The notes beneath the pieces are model-generated. The model had not been told where the DNA came from, made no database searches, and saw nothing but the letters and a program-made list of their open reading frames with translations. The position numbers were made by a program, and so were the translations under genes. This document shows, piece by piece, positions 1 through 13,247 of a stretch of DNA of 64,000 nucleotides (the stretch's first letter is position 1; each line of letters starts with the position of its first letter). Source of the DNA: Gordius albopunctatus (lineage: Eukaryota); NCBI GenBank assembly GCA_964276515.1, contig OZ193909.1:6014001-6078000 (forward strand), written 5' to 3'.

Positions 1-3000
1 TTATATACAGTAATTTTTTTATAATAAAATTCTAAATTTCGGGTAAGAACATTGTTAGTAGAATTAATTTGACAAAATTAAAAGTTAAATATAATTTTAT
101 ACAAACGTTAAACTAATATACAAAAATAAAGGAGGAGAAAGACGCAATAATAAATTTAAGGCAACATAGCTATTATAATCCTCTCATTTTAGGGCCGACG
201 CGTCAAAAAGGTCAAGACAATTTTACAGCTTCATTTTAACATGTATGCGTTAACTTTAACGACATCTATATCATAGCAATTATATTGGAATTAACATGCT
301 AATGTTCAAAACAAGGTATATATTTAAACGATTTCAATTTAAAAATCCTTCCAGTCTATTTAAAAATTGGATTTTAAATTTGATTTTTATAATTTAGTGG
401 AGTAGTTAAATACTAGACGCAACTGGTACACTTATGTCAGACTGAAGGTTTTTTTCTTCAAGCCACAAAAACGTTTAAATTCTATTAAATGATAAAAATT
501 AAAATGCTTTTTTGAGAATTTTAGAGTAAAATCGCTTGGAACAAACCGATGATAAATGAAATTATTACATTAACCCTATATGCTTTGAAAAAAATTGATT
601 TATGCCCCAAAAAACAAGGTAAAAAATTTCAACAAGGGCAATACCTCATAATTTACTTTCAAACATTTGCCAATTTTTTATATAAGTTACATATTAAATT
701 TACTAAAAAATTTATTTAGATTGTTAAGAAAAAAATTGTAATAAAACCTTTGCAAAATTATAGCAGAATTTATTTGACTGCTTAATTAAAAATCCGAATT
801 ATACAATTGATTTATTTAGAGTCTTTATGATATAATTGGATATTTTAAGTGATGGAATAAATTTTTGTTTCTTTAATATATATTATGTCAAACCGTTTGT
901 TAAAGTATGAATGGAGGGCCAGGGAGGGAATGCTAAACTCCAGTAAATATTTTTTTGGAATAAAAGAAGATTGATCAAAGAGATTGTGAATGGAAGATAT
1001 TTAAAACTCGAAACCAAAAACAAGTTAGGGACGTCTATGACCTCTCTTAAAATTATATTGTAAAAATGTCAATCAATTGATTAGGCAATTTATAAACTTA
1101 CAAATATTAAATAATAATTAAAATTCGGGTAAAATAGAATAATACTACTTTATACCTTATTTAAAAAGATTATTTATTCACTAATATTCAGGCGGGTAGC
1201 AAGGATTTTCTCCCGAGGGGGGGGGGGGGGATTTCCCAAAAAAATTTGTAACATTTTTATTTAAACACCAAAATTATACTATCTGGTATAAAACATAAAG
1301 AAAGTCATTATAAATAATTAACATGGTCAGTTACGTTGCACAACTATAAAATATAAACTTTAGATCTAAAATAATTTTTTTTTCATAAAAAATCGGTTAG
1401 ACGGCTATTATTACACAATGTAACTTATGAGATTAAATAGGTCGTTTGTGTAAATTATTTGATATAAATTTTGAAAAATTGTCTAAAATACAATGTGAAC
1501 ATGAATGATTTAATTACCACCACATGCCCGAACATCCCCCGCCTTGTTTTAGGTCTAGAATCAATGTCACCAAAAATAATAGGGGTAGAATAATTTTCTG
1601 AAACGCTCCTTCTCCACTCATTTTGATATGAATGTCCTCAAGTATTTCATGTTCAATATCTCGATTTATAATATTCACTCATTGCCGGTAATAACACCTA
1701 AATAAGGCGCAAAAATGAATAATATGCGAGAGGTTGGGGATCAAAAAATTTCCAATAACTGGAGCGATCGGTAAAATTGATTTATAATTCACAAATTTAT
1801 GTGATGGTCTCCCCCCTTTGAGAGGCAATTAATTGCGTGGAATTTGAGTTAGATTAAATCTAGCCCTCTTTCTATATCACTGTATGTAGAGATATAGTTA
1901 AAAAATAAACTAAGAAGACTCTTTAATTGCTATACAATATATACGGTAGTTATAGTAAGTGTAAGGGAAGAAGCGGGAAAAAAGCACTTCTTTTTGGTAA
2001 ACATGGAATTAAGGCGCTCCTCCATCTATCTCTCCGCTAACAAAAGAGCTCCTCACTTAAAAATTATCGGTGCAAGGATTCGAATTTTTAAATATTTACC
2101 ACAAATTATTCGTTGCGTGTGTGTGTTAATAAATATAATTTTGGCGAGCAGAGTTCAAGTTTGATTTGATTTAGGAAGTGGGGGGGGGGAGGCAAGTGGG
2201 ACATGAATATTTATCGAAAGCTGGTTGGATGTGACAATTGACGCCAGACGCGCTTGACAATAAACATAGGGGGACCGTGTATGACGAATGTGTGGAATGT
2301 CAAAGGAGGGAAAGGTAGACTAGCGTAATTCATTTTTATGTTACCTGTTCAATTTTGGTGATCGATTATTTAAAATTTCCAATCATCTTTAAACCCATAT
2401 CGATGGATGAATTTGAAATGGATGAATCGCTGCTAGTATGTAAGATCGAATTGGATTGGGTAAGTCATAAATTTTATGGTAAATGAACTAATTCAATGTT
2501 TATTTGCCCTACCCTACCGCTGCCACATTTTTTCGCACTGACGTTATAACTTGCTGTTCGCTGGGCCGTGCAAAATTCAATTTCCCATTATAAAATGAAC
2601 GCAAACGATTTTTCTCGATTTTCCTAACCTTTTGGTGCACTGAAACGCGATTAAACTTTCTAAAATCACAAAATTTTTGATAAGATGATAATATTAAAAT
2701 CTTTGGGTGCGAGATCGGATAACTCTTCAAATCTTTTCACAAACCCCGAAACAAAGTGTTGAATGTACATTTAGGGGAGTATTTGTGTAGATTGTATCTC
2801 CTTATAGGTAAAAATAAGAGTTAATTAATTATATTTTCATGTTAATTTACAAAAGACCTCCTTTTTTAAAGTAACGTAAATTCAAGGTTTATCGCTTTAC
2901 ATAAATCGTCTCCCTTCCTCCTATCGCGAAGTAGAGGGATAAATTATTTTACATTTTTAGACTTTTATTTGGTAACGATAGGAATTTTCTTACAACTTTT

Positions 3001-5942
3001 CAAACAAATAAATAAATAGAAATACTGTAAATATCTCAAAAATCCATGTCTAAAATAGTTTTTAATTTCAAGAAATGAACGTTTAAATAATGTATTTTTA
3101 GTTGGCCAAATAAAATTATCTACTTAAAAACCAATTGGAAAAAGAAAAACAAAACAAAATCCTAAAAAAATCGTAATCAAATATAGTAAAAATGACAATC
3201 TAAATATCCAATTTATATTCGGAAATAAAGTGCTAACACAGTGTTATTCATTACAACGCAAAAAATAAGTTTTTATTATTAAGGTCAGGAATTTTCTAAT
3301 AAAACATCTAAAACAGCAATAATTTCATATGTTCAAAAATAAATATATTTAAAATAAAATGCTCAAATAAATTAGAAACAAAATTTTCGCTATAAAAATC
3401 ATAGGCATCGCCAAAATTTGGACTAGCGAATAAGTTAGTAAATAGGGCAAATTGATAATTTTTCAAATAAAAAAATCGAATTTAGCAGGCGGTTAGTGAA
3501 AACTAACAACTTTATGCAGAGTCGTGTGTGAAACTAAGTAGCAACTTTTGCTATACAAAAGGTGCCCGTTAAATGGCCATTAAAAATAGATTAAATTTGT
3601 TTATTGTAACTTTATAGCTCTTTATTAATTTTAAAGGTAAGTCTATAATACTGGTAGCTACTAAAACTTTTTATGGCATTTTATTTTTCCGGCTGGATTC
3701 AAAAGTTAAATGACCCGTTTCCGGGTAAACCATCGACAACAACTAAATTTGTAAACAAACGTCTTAAACTAAAAAATTATTTACTAACATATATTAAATA
3801 TATAAAATTGCATAGCAATTAATAATCAGTTTGTAAAGTTTATATCAAACGCATGCAGAAAGTGGACCTTTTAATTCTTAGTGATCTTAGCTACTACTTA
3901 TTAGTGCTCAGAGATATTTTATGAAATTAATATTAATTGAGATTAATAGGCATCACATCCTTGACATACTAGAACGTCTGAAGACAATTTTAATTTTGAT
4001 TTATATGTTAAAGTAATTTAAGTTGGTATTATTTCAAGCTGCACCCGTCAATTTGGACTTATCATTTAATAAAGAATGAATTTAATATTTTGCTGTTTGC
4101 GATCGGACAGATCTAACTAGTATTTTGTAAAAATTGTAATTTATCATTCCTGAAACCAGGAACTCATTTAAAGTTAATTTCACCGGTTGGAAATGAAAGA
4201 GAAAGACTTACTTTTAATAATTGAAACGCTTATTAATAGTGATGATAATGATAGTGACATTTTTTAATGTCGGAGATGACCTTTGGTATCGCGGTAAGGC
4301 GCAGAGGAAAATCTTTGTACTTTGTAAATGATTGATAACACTATTTCACCTGTCGCAATTTTTAAGAGCCGCCCTCAAATGAAGCACTTTGATTAATTTA
4401 TTATTTAAATTTTTATTGTGAACTATCAAAATTATTTTATTCGGTTCCAAGAGGTTTATTATTAAAACTTATCATTATCGTTTCACTTTTGAGCAATGAT
4501 TATCATCCTTTTTCATTGCTTAGTAATCCTTTTGTACCACAAACAATAAGCGAAACATTGTTGCAAAGTCCGATTTAATATGCATGAAATTTTTGGTTTT
4601 CCCTTTTGATTTATTAAATTTAACTTTTGTCTGATAAAAATAGGCCCCGTCCCTACAAAGGCAGTAATGATAATTTTTGTACTTTAACGTTAAATCTTTA
4701 CGGACGATCGGTGAAAGATCAAAAGTATTGGTTAGCGCGAGATGTTTTTAAAAAGTTCCTAGATATGTTGTATTACAATTTATTAAAATTTAAGTTAAAA
4801 AAAGTAAAATAAATTTATTCAAAAACGAAACGAAAAATTTGAAATGAGTAGAGAAAGCGCGACATTTTGCGTATTTTGATGTCGTCCTTTCGGACACCAC
4901 TTTACATTTTGACATCTTAATTACCGTGTAATGAGGATTGTCATTACAACGAAACCTACTTTTTGTAGGCCATAGACAAAAGCTAGGATAAACAATGGAC
5001 AGACATGAAATGCATTAATTGGGTCAGATGACATAAAATTTGTTATTTTAATAAAAAAAAACAAAAAATCGAACCGAATGATCTCCAAATTTATTTTTAA
5101 ATAGGTTGAGGGACAATTGCTAATTAGCGTCTCTGTAATTAATTAGCTGCCTTTGTTATGAGATTAATTTGATTTTTTCTTCATTAGTGAACATATCCTA
5201 TGCATTGAGAGCAGAATAATATAAAGGATTTCGATAATTTCCATTACTTTGCAGAGCTTTAATATTTTTACATTTTTGAATTGCTAATAACGCAATTTAT
5301 TTGTTAGGTATCGTATCGTTTCAATTGCTATTAAAGATGCCCTATATAAACATTTCTGACCAACACTGCATATTAGAGGGGCAATGATGGTCTATATAGA
5401 TCTTTGTATTTAACCAATATCTCTTTATTTTTGTATTTCGTCTATTTATATAACTTCGTTTCGTGAAAATAAACTTAAAAAAAACAATTATTTTTTCTAA
5501 AATTTTAAGATTGTATTTAATATTGTTAATTTTGGGATTTAGGGGAGGGGGACAACTTCACTTCACAACTTCTTCTTCGTAAAGATTTATAAAATTGTGC
5601 TTTATATTATCAGAATTTGAAAAAAAATTTAATAGGTTGTTTTGTATGAATGACATTTAAATAATTAATTTTGGATCATATGTTTGGTAAAATTAATTTG
5701 GCATTGCTATTTTGCTCACAAAAATTTAAGGTCAACATTTAATTTCATACAGAGAGCTTGATCCAAAATCCCACTATTTAGAAAAAGTTGGCTTAATAGT
5801 ATGTTAAAAATTCAAAGTGACAAAATATGGGTAATCATTATTCACAGATGACACAACTGCCGTAGCTAAAAGCTCTATCGTTTTATTAATCTCTATTCAA
5901 ATAGACAAATCGCAATTATCATTGAACACTCGTAATAATTGT

Positions 5943-8657
5943 TTAAAATTTATGTGGCTTCTTATATTTTAAACCTTTGCCCGTACGTCGTTTAGAAGTT
6001 GTAAGAGGTAGGCATCGGTTCCTGCACCAAAGTCCCACCTTTTCTCTGTATATCGGGTTGGCGTAGAATATGAGGTAGGGGAAAGTGTAATATTTCAAGT
6101 ATAAAAATAGGTAGGTCAGACCTTGGTAAACCGATTTGCAGGCGTGCTTGCTTTGCTGATTGTAAAATCCTCCTCGAAACAAGAAGACGATCCAAGGAAC
6201 TGTGAAAAGTAACGTTATGGTTCCTAGGAAAAGAGTTATAGGGAACATGGTATTGCTACGTTCCCTGTAAACTACATACGATTTTCTGTGAAAGGCGTGA
6301 GGTTTTTTGGGAGCCTTGCTTTCTTCGATGTTTGGAAGCCCAAATTCTGGAGAAACCTGTACAATATATTTTTATTTGAAAAATTTAAACTGTTTTCGAA
6401 TTCAATTTAGACTTTTAAATATCAAACCATTTGACATCAAGTAACATCGAGAGCATTATTAATTTTTTTATTTAATTTTAATGCTTAATTTTGTAATTCA
6501 ATCAAATATTTAATGCTATAATATAAAAAGCCAACAATCTTGGCTTTGCTTTTATATTTTCAAAATGTTTGAAAATTTGTGCTGTTAGTATTGTGATATA
6601 TGATGAATAAATGTTTAAGATTGAATACATATTTTTTGCGTAAGAAATTTGCTTGTAATCTCGATTAAATACCGTAAAAATGGCTTAATTATATAAATTT
6701 AATATATTATATAAATATAGGCAAGTTTATTTGTTATAGAAAAATTACATATTATTAACAACTTACTCAAATTCTTAAAAATTTTAAAATATATTCTAAA
6801 AGTCTCCTATGAAATAATAACAAAGTTTAAAGTATAAAAATTAATTCTCAAAGTTGTCCAATATTCATCTCAACTAAAATTATAACTTTTCTTTTCGATT
6901 CATTTTACACGTAAATTAATATCACACAAAGGAACTAACATGTATAGCAAGGTAATTTATTTATTTAAATTGTTATCTATCTGTTGCCAAAAAAACAATG
7001 TTTTCTATTCATAATACTAAAATCAATTATTTTATTAAATAAGTTTTTGATATTAAGAATAGAATAATCTAATAATGGTTAAGCTGCGTTATTAAGTTAG
7101 AGCGCTACATATGTCATTTTGTTTTTATATATTAACCTACGATTTTAAATAGCGAAATTATGGACCCTTATTTAAATTTGTTTAAAGTAGTGATAATAAA
7201 TAGTTAACGAATTTTTTCTTCCAATTTATCAATAACAAAATGTAGAATTTTGGGCCTAGTTGGGCTTAATAATTTTAAATGAGATATAATTTGCCATAAA
7301 CAATAAATATACCACTCAAAATTTCAAAAAAAGAACGATAAGGAGCCGTTCAACCAGCGCACCGGAATTCATAAGTGTATTAAATTTAAAAATTTTAAGG
7401 ACTCAATTAATATAATTTAAATTATTTCATATAGAATGCGTTAAATATCAAATTTAAACATTGGCGCGTTACATCGCCGCTACTTAATAGGGAAGAGTAA
7501 AGCGTTACAGACTTTGCTATTTATTTTTCAGAGCAGCATTTTATTAGAGTTTAAAATAAGCTTAAAACGTCGTAGATATGCTATTAAATGCAAATTACCA
7601 GGAGGGATAAAATTGATTAATCAGCCTATTTATATATGGTTATTTTTCTGATTTAATACATGAGCACTCGTAATCCTAAATTCTAATAAATATTTCATAT
7701 AATAATTTTCCCCTCCCCTCCCTAATCGATTGATACATTTTTCGCCCCTTTAATGCAAATCGTAGGTACACCCATTATTCGGCACTTCCAATTTTACATA
7801 ATAGTCTTATATTGAATGAGAATATTTTAAAAACTAACCCTATTGTGTGGTCCGATGGTTGAATGAATGCTCACATTCGAAGCACTATTAGATTGGTGGC
7901 TGGTCGATTTGCCGATCTTTAACTTAAGCAATGAGTACAAGAGAGCCCCATTAAAGATGGCTATCAGGGCGCAGGGTAGGCTATAAAGTAAATTGATTTG
8001 CACCCTTTCATATAAGCGAATGAAATATTTGCGATTTTGTGCTGTGGAAAAACTAGTCACTCTAAGCCCGTAATATCCGCCCAAGTTATTATCGTTCAAC
8101 CAATGGATGTACACGAGATAAGGTAGATTAGTAGCTAGGCAAGCCGCCAAAATGCATAGGACCAAGTAATCTACACTCAATGAATTCACAAATTTTTCTC
8201 GGTAAAAGGCGGCGCAAGTTATAGACAGGAGCGAATCCAAGGCCATAAAAGCGACCACGTAATTCACGTAGCCTATTAAAGTTTCATCGAGGACCCACCA
8301 CAATTTCATGGTCCAAGGCGAGATATCGTCTAATCTCGTAAAGGTGTCGGAGCCTTTGGGACATCGGGAGCCGTTTAAAAAGTAGTAGGGCCAGGAGATG
8401 AAGAGGATGCAAAGTGTTAAGCAAGTCAGAGTTACTAAGCGAAGCAGGGTTTTTTTATGGGCTCTAAATTTAAAGGCGGAACCGAATGATCCAGAACAGG
8501 GGGCGAGGGTGAAGAGCAACGCTAAATTGCCCACGATCCCGATAGGGGTCAAGGCTACGATCGCGACCGAAAGTATAAAATCACCACTCCCCACGGGAAT
8601 TCCGAGCACGTCGACCGTGTAATTATTAGAAGACTTTTGGAAAGAGGTTGTCGACAT
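5943..8657 (-). CDS. Divergent rhodopsin-like (class A) 7TM receptor, paralog A; exons 8657-7839 and 6356-5943, about 410 aa
   Basis: ORF 7827-8657 gives TM1-5 (GIVGNLAL, AFMALDSLLSI, NLPYL, YSLPCALIAIFN). A phase-0 intron (AGG|GTTAGT ... TACAG|GTT) joins in frame to VSPEFG...MFPITLFLGTITLLFTVPW...LYLKYYTFPYLIFYAN (TM6-7). Confidence 0.85.
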
Positions 8658-9489
8658 ATTTACACCTTTGGGGCTAAATGGGAAGGAAAAACTTCATAAG
8701 TGTAGCACAAATTAGTGTTTTGGTAGTAGGGTAAATTTTGGCTTGGTAGGTTCGATCGATAGTTAGTTAATTCGCGCTATGGCTATTAGCTTAATTAAAA
8801 TATACGCGTTCGTTTAATTAGGGCTTTTTACCCTGAATCCCAATTGAATAGACCGAGCTGGTTGTATTGATAATAATAGCCTTGAACTCGAGATCAAAAA
8901 AGGATCTAAGGAGCATTAAATCCAAAAATCACAATAGCTTTTGCTTGGCTTTGTGATTTAAACAAACCCTGAGTTCTTTGATAATCGAGAGGTACATTGA
9001 CGCGTTTAACCATCTTTTGGGCGTAGTCAGGTTTTTGAATATAGTGATATTGACAAAATATTATATAATTTTGCGAAATGATGTATTTTATAAAAATTTT
9101 AATTTATTTAGCTTGAAAAAAATATTTTTTGTGTTCAAAACTAAATTGTTTTATTTACTCTTACCATATTCGAGCTAATTTGGTGAATCTCACAGTTACC
9201 ACACCTTGGCAACTTTATACTTCTTGGTATCACATTTTGAGACAGGAAGTGGAGATTAAGTTAAATAACTGACCCTCCCCGTTCGATTTATAAAAAAGGG
9301 CAAGCCGAGCTTTTTTCTGATTTTAAAAGGGACTAATTTTTTCCTAAGTTTAAATGGAATTTTAAATGATTAAAATTTATTATAATTAGTTTATAACTTA
9401 ATAAACTGTAGGCCAAATTATATGTTTGTCATTAATTCAAAATGTTAGATTTAAAAATGACCTCTCAGTGACAAAAAAACTTCTAAAAC

Positions 9490-10328
9490 CAGTGGCGGAC
9501 GCAAAGGGTCCCATTGGAAAAAATATTTTAATATTTTTTAGAATTATATGGAAACCCTCAATGATATTAATAGGACTCTTGTTAGTGTTACGCTTATATT
9601 GTTAACTTTAATTAATTTGAGGTTTAGCTTTAGATGAAAATCTACTAATTCTACCTATTTGTTTACACAAAACATTTTCCTCTCTAGTGCTCGATTTAAA
9701 ATGAAAAGAAAATTAATTCTTAACTATTTCTTAAAAATATTATCTTGCCCTCTGAAATAGATGAGGAAGATAATTTCCGTAATATTCTAAGCGCTAAACA
9801 AGCCTATCGTAACATAATTTAGTTCCTTTTTTTAGACATTGCGAGTGTTAAATCTACTAGACTTAGAACATAGACGCAATTGAGTCACACAATTTAAATA
9901 ATTTAACTGATAATACTTTTTATCAAAAACCTAATGTGGATATTGAATGTATATAACATTAATTAATTTTTGTTGAATCAAAATTTTATGACACAAAATC
10001 AACTCTCCCCCCCCCCACACCATAGAGCAATCCTACCCACCCCACTTAGAGTTGTTAAATTGGTAACTTTCTTCAACTCCAGCTACCATCCGCTCGAGTT
10101 TCTGCTCGGCCCTCGAGCATTTTTATATGCTACTGTTCTGCCTAGTGCACCAAACAACGAGCACATATTGTGCTAACGCGCATATTGCGCAACTCAGTGT
10201 ACGTAGTCGCGTATGGAGTTTGAAGCAAGTTAGCAATTTAACAACTCTAACCCCACTGATGTATATAATTTTAATAAAATTATGATCTATTGAAACCCCC
10301 CTTCGAGGTAATCCTGCCTAGGCCACTG
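9490..10328. mobile_element. Degenerate non-autonomous TIR element (CAGTGGC...GCCACTG) containing a nested MITE
   Basis: 7-bp terminal inverted repeats; flanking 8-mers match only 5/8. Confidence 0.4.
10047..10249. mobile_element. hAT-type MITE, TAGAGTTGTTAAATTG family
   Basis: TIR TAGAGTTGTTAAATTG / CAATTTAACAACTCTA; perfect 8-bp TSD ACCCCACT (10039-10046, 10250-10257); close copy at 22160-22359. Confidence 0.9.
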
Positions 10329-10478
10329 TCACAGACACACGTAGTAGGCCTTCTTATTTAGGAGATATAAATTTAAAGGGAAAAATAATAAATATTTAAT
10401 ACAGAAAATACTGACACCCGTGAAAATTTTAATATTAAACAAAGTCATCACAATAGGATAAATATATATTATAGTAAA

Positions 10479-11837
10479 TTAATTAATTTCATCTAGATCC
10501 TGGGTGTCGGGCTTTGGGTAACATGCGTAACAACAAATAGTTTTAATGAAAAGGGCTGATTTTTCCCTGAAAATAACATTTTCTAAAAATATTAAATATG
10601 GGAACAGATAATATTTCAAGTACAACAAGAAATATATTGCGGCCTGATAATTGGTTTTGCAAGAATTTATGATATTTCCGTTGAATCGTCCTCCTTTCAA
10701 CAAAAAAATTATCCAAGGAACTGTAAATAACAATGTTAAAACGCCCAAACAAAATGTGCTGTAAATCATATTGTTGTAATTTTTTTCTGTAAACAGAGTT
10801 GGCGTCGAACTTTTAAAGGACAACTGGGATATGGTGTAAACCTTGGCGGTTCGCATTTTTTTTACTGAAATATGACTCAGTTCCCCAACCACCTGGCTTA
10901 CCTGAGTTAAAGTAAACATTTTATTTGATATATACGAAAAATAATTATAAATCATGTTTATCACGTTTAAAAAACTAAGGTTAGACTCTAAACTATGCCA
11001 TGCAAAAATCTATGTGAGCTCGCACGTTACTTTAATCCTTCTTTGCGAAAAAGTTTTCGTGCCTATCTTAAGGGTCGACAACGACCGGAAAGATCGACCG
11101 GCGGCCATCTTTAATTTGCAGAGGTAGTAGTAGAGGTAAAAGTTGATAGCCGCTATAAGGAAACAGGGTACGCTGTATAAGGCTGAAACTTGAACTCGGT
11201 TATAATTGTGGGCGAAACGGAGCAAAACAGTTTTCATGGGGGTCGTGGTGGGTTTTAGTCCATAATATTTGGCGAGTGTAGAATCTAGCGCAAGATTAAC
11301 GTATATCACGTAGGGGATGTTGAATGCTAGACAAGCGGCGAAAGTGAGTACAACCAGGTGAGTGAGGGCATTGGAATTAGCGAATCGACGTCTGTAATAT
11401 GCGGGCCAACGAATAGAAATCAGGGCATCTAGGGATATGTAGGCTACCACGTAATTCACGAAGCCCATCAATGTTTCCCCGGAGACCCAATAAAATTTAA
11501 CGAACGTAGCCGATAAATTGACGATTAAATCCGGTTTATACAGAGCGGCTGAACATTTGGAGCCGTGTAGAAAGTAGTGTGGCCAGGAGATCATGAGCAA
11601 ACAAAATATAAGGCAGGAATAATTGACGAATCTTATGAGCCATTTTTTGTGGCTCCTGAATTTGAAAGGGGCTCCGGCTCCTTTAGAGTACTTGTTCATG
11701 GCAAAAATTAGAGCCAAATTTCCAATTAACCCGAACGGGGTCAACACTACTATGGCGAGGGATAGAATGTGATCTCCGCTCGAAATGCCTTTTTTAACCA
11801 AGATTTTATTAGCGTTAGCTAAGGTGAATTCACTCAT
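10479..11837 (-). CDS. Divergent class A 7TM receptor, paralog B; exons 11837-11031 and 10901-10479, about 409 aa
   Basis: Aligns motif by motif with paralog A (GLIGNLAL, FKFRSHKK, GFVNYVVAYISLDALISI, LFTVPWI, LYLKYYLFPYLIF). Phase-0 129-bp intron at the same position (AAA|GTAACG ... CTCAG|GTA). Start at MSEFT chosen by homology; the ORF is open to 11933. Confidence 0.85.
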
Positions 11838-13247
11838 TTTCGTTTTTTTTCTTTGAATATTTATTTGTAAATTATTAGCCGTTAAAATTGGTGTTTGAAT
11901 CAATTTACGCAAAAGGCGAGAGCGCCATGCCACCTAATATTTTTAATTAACTCACATCGTTGGGCTGCAATTGAATAGCTCTTTTGAATAGCGACACTTG
12001 GTGACTAAAGCATCGCGGTCGCTAATTAAAATTTATATAATTGTCCACGATTTGTCAATTGCTACATTATAGAGGCCCTAGTATTAATCATCTCAAAATT
12101 TCTCACCAATTAATGGAAAATCAACATTTTTGCGATATGTATTTATTTATGAGCCCGACGATAAAGGTGACTATTGTACAAAGTAATATTAGTGAATATA
12201 ATGTGATGATGAGTCTATCGAAATTAAAATTTTTGAACGGCGCTTAGCTCATTCTTTTTTCCGAGTGGTTTATAACGGCCAAAACGGTTTTCGTTTAGAG
12301 CAGGACCCCAACTTTCTCGCGGTTGACTTAGAATGATCAAATTCTATATGTATTACGAAAAAATATATTAAATTAATTGTTCAAATAAATTATATAAAAA
12401 ACTCAGTTGGTATCAACAAGAGGCTTTTCCACCCTAACATGTGTAGTCTTGACATTTAAACCTGTGAGCTGCTTTGCCCTAGCCATAAAATTTGTTGATT
12501 AATCAGGGTAAGGAACGGTTTTTACAATTTAAGTATTAGGCTCCAATAATCTATTTATTTCGCAATTTTACCAAAATTAGAAGGGGGGGGGTTTTATTTG
12601 ATGACTAAGCCTTAGACATTGCCATATTATGGTTTAGGGACAAAGTGTCGACTTCAAATAGTAATTTTTCTGGATTAAGATAGGAATCCCTCCTGGCCTA
12701 CATTCCCTGGCGCTATTTCCATGCTGAAGCGATGGAAAACTAAGCCTATTGTAACACTACGCTCTTAATTTAAACGGGCAATTACAAAACACCAATTATA
12801 TTTATCAATTTTGAAAGCCAACTTTGAATCGTTAAATATTGATCTAATTGAGGCCATTATTTGTGTAATTCTTGGTAGGTATAAAATTATCGATCCCTAA
12901 TTAATTGTTAAAAAAATAATTAATAAAATGTGTGAGTAAAAAGTCGAATAGACTCGGTTTATGTGCAAAATTCAAACGTCGGCAAATTCCAAATTAACAC
13001 TTCGTTGGTCCGGCTACTGAGGGTGAGGTTAAATAGTTGTAACTTGATTTTTTGAAAATATTAACTTTATACACTTTATGAACAAAATATTTTAGCTTTA
13101 ATACGTAACTTGCTTCAGATTTAAAAATATCCCCTATTATAAACCCCTGGAGGTTACACAATCCATTAATATTACTGGACTGGATGTACTATAAATTAAT
13201 TAGACATATATTTTAGAAGATATTTCAATCGGAATTGAACTAATAAC

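Noticed and set aside
1..5900. Short ORFs (2509-2730, 4627-4812) and a GC-richer patch at about 1700-2700
   Set aside because: No protein motif or consistent exon chain; may be UTR or regulatory sequence but unsupported.
12600..13190. Candidate terminal SLC6 exons
   Set aside because: Several AG acceptors give short open frames, but none has a recognisable motif, so none was chosen.
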